DNA of 64,000 nucleotides from a virus, in the UHGV virus genome UHGV-0332176. The stretch is one strand, 5' to 3'. Of the stretch, positions 23,988 to 33,848 are shown piece by piece. Within the stretch, counting starts at the first letter, position 1. Each line of letters starts with the position of its first letter. A program made the translations under genes and the position numbers. The notes below the pieces were generated by a model. It was not told where the DNA came from. It saw nothing but the letters and a program-made list of their open reading frames with translations, and did no database searches.

Positions 23988-24434
23988 TTATTTTTCCTCT
24001 CTATTAATTTCTTCAATTTCAATATCACCTAAATCAATATCATCTTCTGCATTTGGGTCAAAGTCTTCAAAATCTTCTCCACCAAAATCATCTTCAAAGT
24101 CGCCCATATCATCAGATGAATCATCAAGATTTTCACCATTAAATAATTTAACAACTTCATTATCAATTTCACCTTTAATATCGGTAATTGAATTAATAAT
24201 TGTATCTAATTTTTGACTGATTGAATCATTAAAAGCATCTGCTTTTTCAATATCACCATCATATTTAATTTTTTTAACTAAATTTGCTAAATCTTTGGTT
24301 TTAATATTTGAAATTTTTTCAATCATATTTTGTAATTCATCAGAAATTGATTCAACAGCTAAAGCTAATTCAGTTGATTTAATTTCAGATTCACATAAAT
24401 GTTTAATAAAATTTGATTTCATTTGTTTCTCCAT
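23988..24434 (-). CDS. Hypothetical coiled-coil protein with strongly acidic C-terminal tail
   Basis: 148 aa; DDSSDDMGDFEDDFGGEDFEDFD tail. Confidence 0.55.
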   Translation of the reverse strand: MEKQMKSNFIKHLCESEIKSTELALAVESISDELQNMIEKISNIKTKDLANLVKKIKYDGDIEKADAFNDSISQKLDTIINSITDIKGEIDNEVVKLFNGENLDDSSDDMGDFEDDFGGEDFEDFDPNAEDDIDLGDIEIEEINREEK

Positions 24435-24504
24435 ATCAATTTTAATATTATAATTATATTTATATAAAAATTTCTAAACAATATTAACCAAAAATAAAAA
24501 CTTA

Positions 24505-24533
24505 TTGACTTTTATTATTAGATATTTTATTAT
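24505..24533 (+). promoter_or_regulatory. Sigma70-like early promoter TTGACT-N17-TATTAT upstream of the primase/helicase block
   Basis: Read directly, 26 nt upstream of ATG 24560. Confidence 0.5.
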
Positions 24534-24559
24534 GAAAATAAAATTTAAGGTAAAATAAT

Positions 24560-25567
24560 ATGCATACTATTTTAGAAACAATATATAATTTACTACCATC
24601 AGATAAAAAACAACGAAATAATGGTTGGATATATTTTAATTGTCCGTCTTGTTATCATACAGAAAATCCTGATACAAAACATCGGGGTAATATTCTATTT
24701 ACTGATGATGGTTTTGTATATCAATGTTTTAACTGTAAATTTAAATGCGGTTTTTCCTTAGGTCAATATCTTTCTAAAGATACAACTCAATGGTTAAAAG
24801 ATTTAGGAACTTCAACAAAAGATTTAAATGATTTAAGATTATTAATTCGTGAATATAATGAAGCTAATAATGATAATTTAACTTCTAATGAACATAAAAT
24901 TATTATAAAAAAGAGAGAAATTAAGCAAATACCTGTTGGATATAAATCAATTCTTAAATCTTTAAATGAAGGAGAAAATTCTTACACATTTAATGAAGTT
25001 ATAAAATATATTAATAACCGTAATCCATATCTACTTGAATGGACAGATTTATTATGGTGTCCAAAACAATTTAATTTTTTAATACCTTGCTATGAATATG
25101 ATGAAATTGTTGGTTATTCGCTAAGAAAATTACGAGATGATGTAGATAGTAAATATATTCATTATATTCCGCAAGGATATATTTTTAATTATGATAATTT
25201 ATTAAAAGAAAGAAAATATGAAATTGTTTGCGAAGGTCAAACTGATGCATTAGCAATAAATGGGACATCTATATTAAGCAATGTATTTACACCTGATAGA
25301 TTAAAAAGAATTTTACCATTTACAAAAGATAAAGAAATTATACTATTACCCGATAGAGATAAATCTGGGAAAAAAATGATTACACAATTATTAGAAGAAA
25401 ATTTACCATTTAGTGTTGCTTTTCCTAATTGGGAAAGAGGTATAAAAGATGCTGAACAAGCTGCAAAAAAATATGGAAGATTATATACATTATATAGTAT
25501 ATTATCAACAAAAGAACAAAATAAAGAAATAATTAAATTAAAATCAATGAAATGGTTTAATATATGA
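24560..25567 (+). CDS. gp61: DNA primase (T4 gp61-like; zinc-ribbon + TOPRIM)
   Basis: CPSCYH...CFNCKFKCG zinc finger; TOPRIM EIVCEGQTDALAI ... LLPDRDKSGKKM. Confidence 0.8.
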   Translation: MHTILETIYNLLPSDKKQRNNGWIYFNCPSCYHTENPDTKHRGNILFTDDGFVYQCFNCKFKCGFSLGQYLSKDTTQWLKDLGTSTKDLNDLRLLIREYNEANNDNLTSNEHKIIIKKREIKQIPVGYKSILKSLNEGENSYTFNEVIKYINNRNPYLLEWTDLLWCPKQFNFLIPCYEYDEIVGYSLRKLRDDVDSKYIHYIPQGYIFNYDNLLKERKYEIVCEGQTDALAINGTSILSNVFTPDRLKRILPFTKDKEIILLPDRDKSGKKMITQLLEENLPFSVAFPNWERGIKDAEQAAKKYGRLYTLYSILSTKEQNKEIIKLKSMKWFNI

Positions 25568-25797
25568 AAAGTATGTTATTAAATAGTAATATAGCTTATG
25601 AAAAAATTAAAAAAAATTTATCTAAAAATATTACTGATGAAAAATTAAAAAAATTATTTAATGATTTTTTAGATAAACTACGGAACGAATTTAAAAATCA
25701 AAATTTAAATTCATATGATATATCATTTTTTAATAAAATTATATTACCACTAACAAAAAGAGTTTATTATTTAGGAGATATTAATGATGAAAGTTAA
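25564..25797 (+). CDS. Hypothetical protein (77 aa)
   Basis: Overlaps the primase stop by 4 nt. Confidence 0.45.
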   Translation: MKSMLLNSNIAYEKIKKNLSKNITDEKLKKLFNDFLDKLRNEFKNQNLNSYDISFFNKIILPLTKRVYYLGDINDES

Positions 25798-26062
25798 AGA
25801 TAGAAAATTAACAGAAAAAGAATGTATTAATTCTGGTGGACATTTTTGGAAATATTGGGATTCTACACAAGGAATTAATGAAGATACCTTTGAAAAAAAT
25901 GGATATATTTTTGATGTTTATTATCCAAATGGAGCACCAAATTATAGAGGTTGTCCTTTATGTGGAAGAATTGAATCAATGATTCCTGCCCAATGGATAG
26001 AATGCATAAAAGGTAAAGAAGATGAGGAAAATAAAGAAGATGAGGAAAATAAGGGGAAATAA
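25784..26062 (+). CDS. Small Cys-rich protein with tandem EDEENK repeat at the C-terminus
   Basis: CPLCG motif; 18-bp tandem DNA repeat x2 at 26020-26058. Confidence 0.5.
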   Translation: MMKVKDRKLTEKECINSGGHFWKYWDSTQGINEDTFEKNGYIFDVYYPNGAPNYRGCPLCGRIESMIPAQWIECIKGKEDEENKEDEENKGK

Positions 26063-26580
26063 TGAATTTATTTACTATAAGTGATAATACTCAATATTGT
26101 GCTCGGAATTTAGATGATGTTTTATTACGTAAAACAATCGTGGAATCAGCTCAAATGCTTTCAACAGCAATTATTTTAAATGATAAAATTAAAGAAAAAC
26201 CTGAAGGAATCTATAAAAAATATAATGCTAATGAAGAACATAATAAGTGGGTAAGAGAATCTAAATATAACTATAAATGGACATATATGTATCTTATTGA
26301 TTGTTTAAAAGAATATCAATATAGATTTAGTAAAACTCACGATACTCATAAATTAGCATATATTTTTCCTCAATATGAAAATGATTTTCCATTAATTGAT
26401 ATGACACCTTTTACAAGAAAATTTAATCAATCTTATGAAAATTATCAAGAATTAATGAATATGAAAGATACGTGTAATGCTTATAAAACATATTTAATTA
26501 CAAAATGGAAAAAAGAAACAATTGATGGAAAAGAACCATTATGGACTAATAGAGAAAAACCTGATTTTTATAAAGGATAA
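26062..26580 (+). CDS. Hypothetical protein; weak resemblance to the T4 DenV pyrimidine-dimer glycosylase family
   Basis: ARNLDDVLL...E segment and C-terminal EPLW...FYKG loosely resemble DenV; not conclusive. Confidence 0.5.
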   Translation: MNLFTISDNTQYCARNLDDVLLRKTIVESAQMLSTAIILNDKIKEKPEGIYKKYNANEEHNKWVRESKYNYKWTYMYLIDCLKEYQYRFSKTHDTHKLAYIFPQYENDFPLIDMTPFTRKFNQSYENYQELMNMKDTCNAYKTYLITKWKKETIDGKEPLWTNREKPDFYKG

Positions 26581-26582
26581 AA

Positions 26583-26849
26583 ATGAATAATTTATATTTG
26601 TTTTTAAAATATAAATGGTATGATTTAATTGAATCTGGTCAAAAAACATCCGAATATAGAGAAATAAAACCATATTGGATTAATAGATTAGAAAATAAAC
26701 ATTATGATACCGTTACATTTCAAAGAGGATTTACAAAAAATCCACCAAAAATGATGTTTAAAATACTTGAAATTAAAAAAACAACTTTGCCTAATGATTT
26801 AAAAAAAGCAGAAGTTTATGAAATTAAATTAGGAGAAAGGATAAAATAA
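26583..26849 (+). CDS. Small ASCH/PUA-like protein (hypothetical)
   Basis: LIESGQKTSEYREIKPYW pattern resembles the ASCH beta-barrel. Confidence 0.45.
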   Translation: MNNLYLFLKYKWYDLIESGQKTSEYREIKPYWINRLENKHYDTVTFQRGFTKNPPKMMFKILEIKKTTLPNDLKKAEVYEIKLGERIK

Positions 26850-27067
26850 TGTTAGATACACGAACAATAAAATGCCCTAAATGTGGATGGGATTCTTTAT
26901 TTCCTTTAAATCAACCTATGTTAATTGTTTTAACGCACGATATTATATGCCCTCATTGCGGAACTATTGTAATTCAAGCGTTTTCTACAACAATTTTATC
27001 AGATGGTTATTTTTTAGATGAACATAATGATTATTATAAACATAATCCTATAACCCGAAAATTTTAA
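26849..27067 (+). CDS. Zinc-ribbon protein (CPKCG...CPHCG)
   Basis: 72 aa. Confidence 0.45.
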   Translation: MLDTRTIKCPKCGWDSLFPLNQPMLIVLTHDIICPHCGTIVIQAFSTTILSDGYFLDEHNDYYKHNPITRKF

Positions 27068-27077
27068 GGAATAATGA

Positions 27078-27533
27078 ATGAGTAATTTTACAAATGATTT
27101 ACATAAACATAAATTAATTTTACAAGCACTTTTATATAATTTAGCTAATCAATTAAAAGAAAGAGCTGATAATCACGATAATTCAAAATTAGACCCAAAA
27201 GAAAAAGAAGTTTTTGAAAGTATTGATAATATTAAAAGAGAAGATTTTGATTCATATGAAGAATATTATAATTGTACAAAACCTCTTATTCAAAAGGCAT
27301 TAGACCATCATTATGCTAATAATAGACATCATCCTGAACATTTTGAACACGGGATTGAAGATATGAATTTATTAGATATTTTAGAAATGATTGTAGATTG
27401 GGATACATCAGCATCTTGCAGAGGAACTAAATTAGACCCTGAATATTCTTTTAAACGCTTTAAAATTGAGCCACAACTTCAAAAAATTATTTTAAATACT
27501 TTAAAAATTCTTTATGATGAAGATGAAAAATAA
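27078..27533 (+). CDS. Small His-rich protein, possible HD-domain phosphohydrolase
   Basis: H...NHDNSK (HDxxK-like), HHYANNRHHPEHFEH, IVDWD. Confidence 0.45.
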   Translation: MSNFTNDLHKHKLILQALLYNLANQLKERADNHDNSKLDPKEKEVFESIDNIKREDFDSYEEYYNCTKPLIQKALDHHYANNRHHPEHFEHGIEDMNLLDILEMIVDWDTSASCRGTKLDPEYSFKRFKIEPQLQKIILNTLKILYDEDEK

Positions 27534-27587
27534 TGAAAAAGTATTATAAATTATATATAATACTACCAATTTAATGAAGGATTTAAA

Positions 27588-28934
27588 ATGATTATACCAA
27601 ATAATTTTGATGAACAAGACCAAAAAACACTAATTCAATTTTTGTTTAGTGAACCTTCTTTATTTGTTCGTGCAAAACCAATTTTAAAACCTGAATATTT
27701 TGATAAAAAATTTCAAGAAACAATTCAATATTTGTTAGATTTTTCTACTGAATATGGAATTTTACCAACAATTGAACAATTAAATAATAATTCTCGTTTA
27801 GAATATCAAAAAATTAATAACCTATCTGATGAAAATATTCAACAATCTATTTTGGATATGGCAGAATGGTTTTGTAAAAAAAGAGGATTAGAATTAGCAA
27901 TTGAAGAATGCTATGAAAGGATTGCTAAAGGAGATACTTCTGGTATTGACCAAAGAATTCGTGAAGCTCAAATGATTTCATTAAGTCGTGATTTAGGTAT
28001 TAATTATTGGGAAAATACTGCTGAATGGTTACATAAAATTGATAAAGAAATGGGAGTTATTCCAACAGGATGGACAGAATTTGATAGATTATTTAACGGT
28101 GGTTTTTCTTGGGGTCAATTAAATTATGTAGTTTCACCTTCGGGTGGTGGTAAATCTCTTTGTATGGCAAATTTAGCTTTAAATTGGTCATTAATGGGCT
28201 ATAATGTTTTATATTTTACATTAGAATTAGATAGGGAACTTGTTGGTAAAAGAATAATGGCAATGGAAAGAAATATTGCATATTCTGAAATTACTCCAAA
28301 AGCTGATGCTTTATGTGAACAAGTTCAAATTAGAAAAATCAAAGAACATCCAGGAATTATTCAAATTATTGATTTACCACGTGGAGCAACACCCACAGAT
28401 GTTCGTTCTCAAATTCAAAATTTTGAATTAGAAACTAAAATTATTCCTGAAATTTTAATTTTTGATTACGCTGGTATTATGAATCCAAGTGATAGAAAAA
28501 TTGATGTTAATAATATTCATTTAAGAGATAAACACGTAGCTGAAGAATTAAGAGAAATTGCAAGAGAAAGAACACATAAAAACAAAAGAACTATGTGCAT
28601 ATCAGCAAATCAAATTACAAAAGACGGAGCTTCAGAAATGGAATTTACACAAAGTGATATTGCTGGTGGTTCAACATTAGTTCATACTTGTGATAATTTA
28701 TTTTCTGTTAGAACAAATGATAGTATGCGACAACGTGGAGAATATGAATTCAAAATTATTAAAAGTCGTAATGCTGGATGTACAGATGTTAAATTCAAAA
28801 TGGGTTATAATGCTAAAACTTTAAGAATTTCTGATTTTCAAATGATAGGTAAAAATACTCCTGAAATTCAAAATAATTCATCGGTTTTATCGGCTTTACA
28901 AACATTAGAACAATATAAAGAAAAGGGGGAATAA
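27588..28934 (+). CDS. gp41: Replicative DNA helicase, DnaB/T4 gp41 family
   Basis: Walker A SPSGGGKSL; Walker B ILIFDYAGIM; RecA-like C-terminal domain. Confidence 0.88.
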   Translation: MIIPNNFDEQDQKTLIQFLFSEPSLFVRAKPILKPEYFDKKFQETIQYLLDFSTEYGILPTIEQLNNNSRLEYQKINNLSDENIQQSILDMAEWFCKKRGLELAIEECYERIAKGDTSGIDQRIREAQMISLSRDLGINYWENTAEWLHKIDKEMGVIPTGWTEFDRLFNGGFSWGQLNYVVSPSGGGKSLCMANLALNWSLMGYNVLYFTLELDRELVGKRIMAMERNIAYSEITPKADALCEQVQIRKIKEHPGIIQIIDLPRGATPTDVRSQIQNFELETKIIPEILIFDYAGIMNPSDRKIDVNNIHLRDKHVAEELREIARERTHKNKRTMCISANQITKDGASEMEFTQSDIAGGSTLVHTCDNLFSVRTNDSMRQRGEYEFKIIKSRNAGCTDVKFKMGYNAKTLRISDFQMIGKNTPEIQNNSSVLSALQTLEQYKEKGE

Positions 28935-28947
28935 ATCCCCCTTTTTC
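28922..28947. terminator. Bidirectional terminator (aaaggggg-aataaat-cccccttttt)
   Basis: Between convergent helicase and 577-aa genes. Confidence 0.65.
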
Positions 28948-28950
28948 TTA

Positions 28951-30684
28951 TTAAATTTCAATACCTGCTATTCTTAATGTTTCAGTTATTTCATCATCAA
29001 AATCTTCTGATTCAGAAACTTTATAACCATTAGCAAACATTGCTTTACGTTGAGCATCAGCCCCTTTTTTAGTTTTAAATTTACCGTGAGTTCCTTCTTT
29101 TCCTTTATTAGTCCATCCAGAACCAGATTTAACAGTATCTTCGTCTAATTCATCATCTTTTTCAAATAATTCTTCTTTATTTGTTTCTCTTTTATTTTTA
29201 TAATCAGCAAAATCTTTTTTTAATTTATTATGTTTTTCTTTAATTCTTTTCATTTGTTCATCTTCACAAGAATTACATTCTTCATCAGAATTTTCTGCTT
29301 CATCAAAAGGTTGTGTAGCACCATCATAATATGGGTCTTCACCATTAATTAAATCTTGTAATTCTTCATCGGATAAACCTTGTTCTTTTTGAATTTGTTT
29401 TAATTCTGGCATTGTATATTCAATTCCATTAATTTCATAAACTTGTTCATAAGAACTATCAGGTTGTGTAGCACCATCATAATATGGGTCTTCCATACCG
29501 TGTGCATTTCCAGCTAAAGCACCAGCCATAGCAGCACCAGCAATTGCACCCTTAGCAAATTTACCAGCTTTTTTTAAACCACTTTTAAAATCTTCATCTA
29601 AATTAGAATTTTGATGTTGCTTAGATTGTTCATATTTTTTACGAAAATATTCAACTTTTTCTCTATCACCATCTTTTGTTCCTAATTTTTTAACTTCATC
29701 TTCAAACCATTTTTTCCAAGTTTCTGGTTCAATATCATCATATCCTAAATAAGATTGTGTAACATATGATTTATCATCTAAATGATTAGCTTCATTTAAT
29801 TCATTACCAAAAATTTGTTTATATTGACGATAATACTCATCAAAATTATCTAAATCTTCATTAGTAACTCTACCCATTCTATCGCCATTGGCAAATTTAA
29901 CTTTAGCAATAATTTTAGCTTTTCTTAATTGTTCATCTGTTCCTTGTCCAGCAAATGCTCCTATTTTTTTAGAAGATTTATCATTATCATCATTTCTAAT
30001 AAAACCTGCTCTTGGAAGATAATCTTTAATTCCTTCATCTAATTCTTCATCAGATTTATCTTTTTCTTTATTTTTATTTTTTTCTTTATCTTTTTGTTTT
30101 TTAATAAATTCATTTGATGACTTAAAGAAATCATCAATATCTTTATCCATATCATCAAAAACTGATTCTTTAACTTCATCAGATTTATCTTTATCTTTTT
30201 CTTTTTCTTTATTGTTATCTTCTTTATTATCTTCTTTTGAATCTGATTTATCTTCATATTTAAATTCTGAAAAATTTGGGCTTGTTTTTTCAGATTTTGA
30301 AGAATTAGAATTATCAGTTTTAACAGGAGAATTTTCAATTTTTGGAGTTTCAGCTTTATCAGCTGTTTCACTTGATTTTGAAAATTCAAAAGATGCATTA
30401 TTTTTAAATACACCTTGTGAACATTTAGGTAAAATTTGTTCACCTTTTTCTCCATCACCATCAATATCTCCAAATGCAGAAGCATCTAATTGTTCCCAAC
30501 CTTTTGATTGAGATACTTTTGGTAATTTAACTGGTTTATCATTATAAGGCATATCTGCTTCCATAACAGCTTTAATTTTATGATTATTATTTGTCATAAA
30601 ATCAACAAATTCATTTAAGTCATTGAATTTTTTAATTCCTTTACGACCAGAATTTGTTTCAAAAATCATTTTAAATTTACTCAT
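28951..30684 (-). CDS. Low-complexity K/D/E-rich protein with duplicated DPYYDGATQP module; possible packaged/internal protein
   Basis: 577 aa; ~38-bp direct DNA repeats at ~29303 and ~29462 encode the duplicated module. Confidence 0.6.
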   Translation of the reverse strand: MSKFKMIFETNSGRKGIKKFNDLNEFVDFMTNNNHKIKAVMEADMPYNDKPVKLPKVSQSKGWEQLDASAFGDIDGDGEKGEQILPKCSQGVFKNNASFEFSKSSETADKAETPKIENSPVKTDNSNSSKSEKTSPNFSEFKYEDKSDSKEDNKEDNNKEKEKDKDKSDEVKESVFDDMDKDIDDFFKSSNEFIKKQKDKEKNKNKEKDKSDEELDEGIKDYLPRAGFIRNDDNDKSSKKIGAFAGQGTDEQLRKAKIIAKVKFANGDRMGRVTNEDLDNFDEYYRQYKQIFGNELNEANHLDDKSYVTQSYLGYDDIEPETWKKWFEDEVKKLGTKDGDREKVEYFRKKYEQSKQHQNSNLDEDFKSGLKKAGKFAKGAIAGAAMAGALAGNAHGMEDPYYDGATQPDSSYEQVYEINGIEYTMPELKQIQKEQGLSDEELQDLINGEDPYYDGATQPFDEAENSDEECNSCEDEQMKRIKEKHNKLKKDFADYKNKRETNKEELFEKDDELDEDTVKSGSGWTNKGKEGTHGKFKTKKGADAQRKAMFANGYKVSESEDFDDEITETLRIAGIEI

Positions 30685-30819
30685 AAGTATTATCCTTTAA
30701 CATATATGTTATTTGATATTAATATTTATAATAAATTCTATTGTTTATATATTTTTTTAGATTTATAATAAATATATTCAGATACAAAAAATTGTATCAT
30801 TATTTTAAGGAGAAATACT

Positions 30820-31227
30820 ATGGATTACGGTTTTGGAAAAACTTATACATTACCTAATAAATTTACTGCTTTAAACGGTTGTGCTCAATATTATACAGTA
30901 GTTTTCACAAATGTTATTATTGATAAAACACAATCTTCATTAGATACAGATGCTAAAAAAGCAGAAGCAGAAGCAAACTTATTAAGAGTTTTAGAAGTAT
31001 TAAGAACTTATGGTGGTCAACCAATTATCACAACTGTTGATAATAAAACTCTTAAATTCACATTAGAACAAGCAAATGTTTATGGTGATGCTTCTAAAAA
31101 ACAACCATCTGCAAAAGATTTATTAGCAGATGCAAAAGTTCAAATTGAAGCATTATTTGCTAACTTAAAAGCAGTTGATGGTTCTACATCACTTGCTTGC
31201 ACAGCTACTGTTGAAGCAGTATTTTAA
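30820..31227 (+). CDS. Small abundant protein (GC-rich codon usage), hypothetical virion/decoration protein
   Basis: 135 aa; RBS AAGGAG; followed by a very strong terminator. Confidence 0.6.
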   Translation: MDYGFGKTYTLPNKFTALNGCAQYYTVVFTNVIIDKTQSSLDTDAKKAEAEANLLRVLEVLRTYGGQPIITTVDNKTLKFTLEQANVYGDASKKQPSAKDLLADAKVQIEALFANLKAVDGSTSLACTATVEAVF

Positions 31228-31254
31228 TTTAGATTTATAAGTTAAAATAATTTA

Positions 31255-31288
31255 AAAAGAGAGAGTTTAATAACTCTCTCTTTTATTT
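31255..31288 (+). terminator. Rho-independent terminator (aaaagagagagtt-taat-aactctctctttt + T-run)
   Basis: 13-bp perfect stem then ttttatttta. Confidence 0.75.
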
Positions 31289-31349
31289 TATCTCACAATG
31301 TATTAAATAAATAATTCTATATAGAATAAATTTTATTAGAGGATTAATT

Positions 31350-33839
31350 ATGAATCAATTATATAAACTTTTTAATGTTAAATCTGATAGAGAATATCAA
31401 AAAATTATGGAGCAATTAGATTTAACACCATATTATATGTTTAAAATTGAAGATATTGCTAATAATGGTCAAGATTTAATGGAACAACGTCAATCAATTT
31501 TAAGTTTATTAGCATTAACAACAGGAGAAAATTATAATTTTTGTAAAAAACAATTTAATAGAACACCAAGAATTAAAAAACTTAAAGAAAATATTAATAC
31601 TCCAAATCAACAATCATTAACATTAAATGATATTATGGAATTAAACGATTTAATTGATTCGGTTGCAAAAAAATGCCAACATAATAAAATGGCATATCAA
31701 CAATTATATCAAATGATTGTTAAATCTACTAATAAAAATATTGCAAATGCATTTTTTAATATGGCTTTTAACGCTCAAAATACTGATGATAATTTAAAAT
31801 TTAATACAGATTTAGTTATTAATGGTCAAAATGTTGCACAAACAATTTATCCATTAAAAACATCAATTATTTCTGCTCTTAATTCTATACAAGAACCAAA
31901 AAAAGAGCAACCTGTTACTGAATCAGTATTAAATGAAGAACAATTTATTGATACAATAAAAAATATTCATTTATTATTTCATAAGAGCAATAATGAAAAT
32001 GAATTAGAAAATATTATAAAATTATTAGATAAAAAAATTGTTAATTCAAAATCAACAAAAGAAAAAAATACTTTTAATTCAATTAAAACAAATGTTATTG
32101 CTAAATTAAATAAATTAAAAGAAAATATTAATGAATGTTTAGCAAGTAATGTTGTTGCAAGTGCAGTTGAAGAAGATACATTTGATGGGTTATTAGATTC
32201 ATTAACCACTCCAACAGTTATTAATATTACTGTTAATAAAGAAACTGGTGATTGTGAAAACATTGAAACACAACCAGTTTTAAATAATACACTAAATATG
32301 GATTTAATTAATGGAATTCAGTCAGTTCAACCATTAACTTTATCTCCAACTGCAATTGATGCTCCAATTTTACAAAAACCTGATTCAGCATCTGTTGTAT
32401 CAGCTATTTCTGCTCTATCTTCGCACGTTAATGATGTTAAATCAGATTCACGAGAAAATAATATTGAATGTCTGCAAACTATTAATACTCTCTTAAACCA
32501 AATATCAACTTACTTTAATAGTTTGTTATCAGAAAATAAAAAACCTAATATTACTTACGTAACTTCTGAATCAAAATACAGTCCTATATTATCTAATAAT
32601 ATTAAAAGAATGTTTGAAACAGGCAGAGCAACTGTTAATAATGATGGTGTATTAATAATTGATGAAGCTATATTTGATGCTTATGAAAAAAAACCATATT
32701 TCACATATACTTTTAAAACACCAACTGATGATTATTTTGAATTTACGGGTTATAAAATTGATGATGAATCTGTTGATGTTGATTTAATGGATGCAGATTA
32801 CAAATATATTGAAACCTCTGAATTTACAGAAAATGGTGCTAAAGATAATTATATTAAAGAATATTTTATTAAAAATAATTTAGGTAAATATTGGTCAACA
32901 ATTGAAAAATCTATTATTAACAAAATTAAAACTGCTAAAGAAGATAATCAAATAACTGAAACTATTAATTCTGAAAAATTATTTAAAAATGATGATGCAA
33001 TAGCTTCTTTACAAAATGAAATTATTAATTTAAAACAAAAATTAAATAATCGTACATCAAATAAAGAAGAAATTATGATGAGATTATCAATAGCTCAATC
33101 AAAATTAAAAAAATTACAAAATAAAAACGAACAATTAATGAATGAGGAAACAGTTTTTGACCATTCTTGGTATGAAAATGATGATGGTGATTTTCCAAAA
33201 AGAACAAAAGAAGGAGTAATTATTGAAGATGAACAAGTTGATGAAACTTGTTCAGCAGGTGCAACTTGTGCAGGAAATGTAGCAACAATTTCTCGTCCTG
33301 TTGGTAAAAAGAAAAAAAGAAAATTATCAATTGACGAATCTTTATTATTAACATTTGTAAAAGAAGGTCGTGATTGTACATCTTCGTTTAATGGTCATCA
33401 TTATATGTTAAAAAATGGTTATCTTTATAAAGATGACCAATTAGTTAAAACAAAAAATTTAAATGAAATGGTTGAATTTATACAAGGTAATATTGATTTA
33501 CCAATTCTTGAAGGATTTTTACCAATGCATTTAGATATGATGTTAGAAGATATTAATAATCCAAATGAACTTTCAGATATGGATTTAACTCCTGAACAAC
33601 GACAATTAAAACAAAAACAAGAACAAAATTTAGATTCTCAACTTAATGCAGGAGCTAATCCAAAAGTATCTGTTGAAGATTCAAAAGATACTAATAAAAT
33701 TGAAACAAATCAAGAATTAGTTGGTGTAGATGATACAGATATTAATAATAAACAATATGTTGTTAAAAATCCAGCTACAAATAAAATAAAAATTGTAAAA
33801 TCAAATCAAATAAAAACTAATGATGAACAAGGAATTTAA
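31350..33839 (+). CDS. Large hypothetical protein (829 aa), N/Q-rich with coiled-coil segments
   Basis: Intact ORF; no recognisable catalytic motifs. Confidence 0.6.
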   Translation: MNQLYKLFNVKSDREYQKIMEQLDLTPYYMFKIEDIANNGQDLMEQRQSILSLLALTTGENYNFCKKQFNRTPRIKKLKENINTPNQQSLTLNDIMELNDLIDSVAKKCQHNKMAYQQLYQMIVKSTNKNIANAFFNMAFNAQNTDDNLKFNTDLVINGQNVAQTIYPLKTSIISALNSIQEPKKEQPVTESVLNEEQFIDTIKNIHLLFHKSNNENELENIIKLLDKKIVNSKSTKEKNTFNSIKTNVIAKLNKLKENINECLASNVVASAVEEDTFDGLLDSLTTPTVINITVNKETGDCENIETQPVLNNTLNMDLINGIQSVQPLTLSPTAIDAPILQKPDSASVVSAISALSSHVNDVKSDSRENNIECLQTINTLLNQISTYFNSLLSENKKPNITYVTSESKYSPILSNNIKRMFETGRATVNNDGVLIIDEAIFDAYEKKPYFTYTFKTPTDDYFEFTGYKIDDESVDVDLMDADYKYIETSEFTENGAKDNYIKEYFIKNNLGKYWSTIEKSIINKIKTAKEDNQITETINSEKLFKNDDAIASLQNEIINLKQKLNNRTSNKEEIMMRLSIAQSKLKKLQNKNEQLMNEETVFDHSWYENDDGDFPKRTKEGVIIEDEQVDETCSAGATCAGNVATISRPVGKKKKRKLSIDESLLLTFVKEGRDCTSSFNGHHYMLKNGYLYKDDQLVKTKNLNEMVEFIQGNIDLPILEGFLPMHLDMMLEDINNPNELSDMDLTPEQRQLKQKQEQNLDSQLNAGANPKVSVEDSKDTNKIETNQELVGVDDTDINNKQYVVKNPATNKIKIVKSNQIKTNDEQGI

Positions 33840-33848
33840 GGATATAAA

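Noticed and set aside
23956-24216. 86-aa plus ORF
   Set aside because: Antisense to the acidic coiled-coil gene; Ser-rich mirror of the D/E tract.
30039-30511. 148-aa minus and 99-aa plus ORFs inside the 577-aa gene
   Set aside because: Alternative/antisense frames of a low-complexity K/D/E region.
31979-32263. 94-aa minus ORF
   Set aside because: Antisense within the 829-aa gene.
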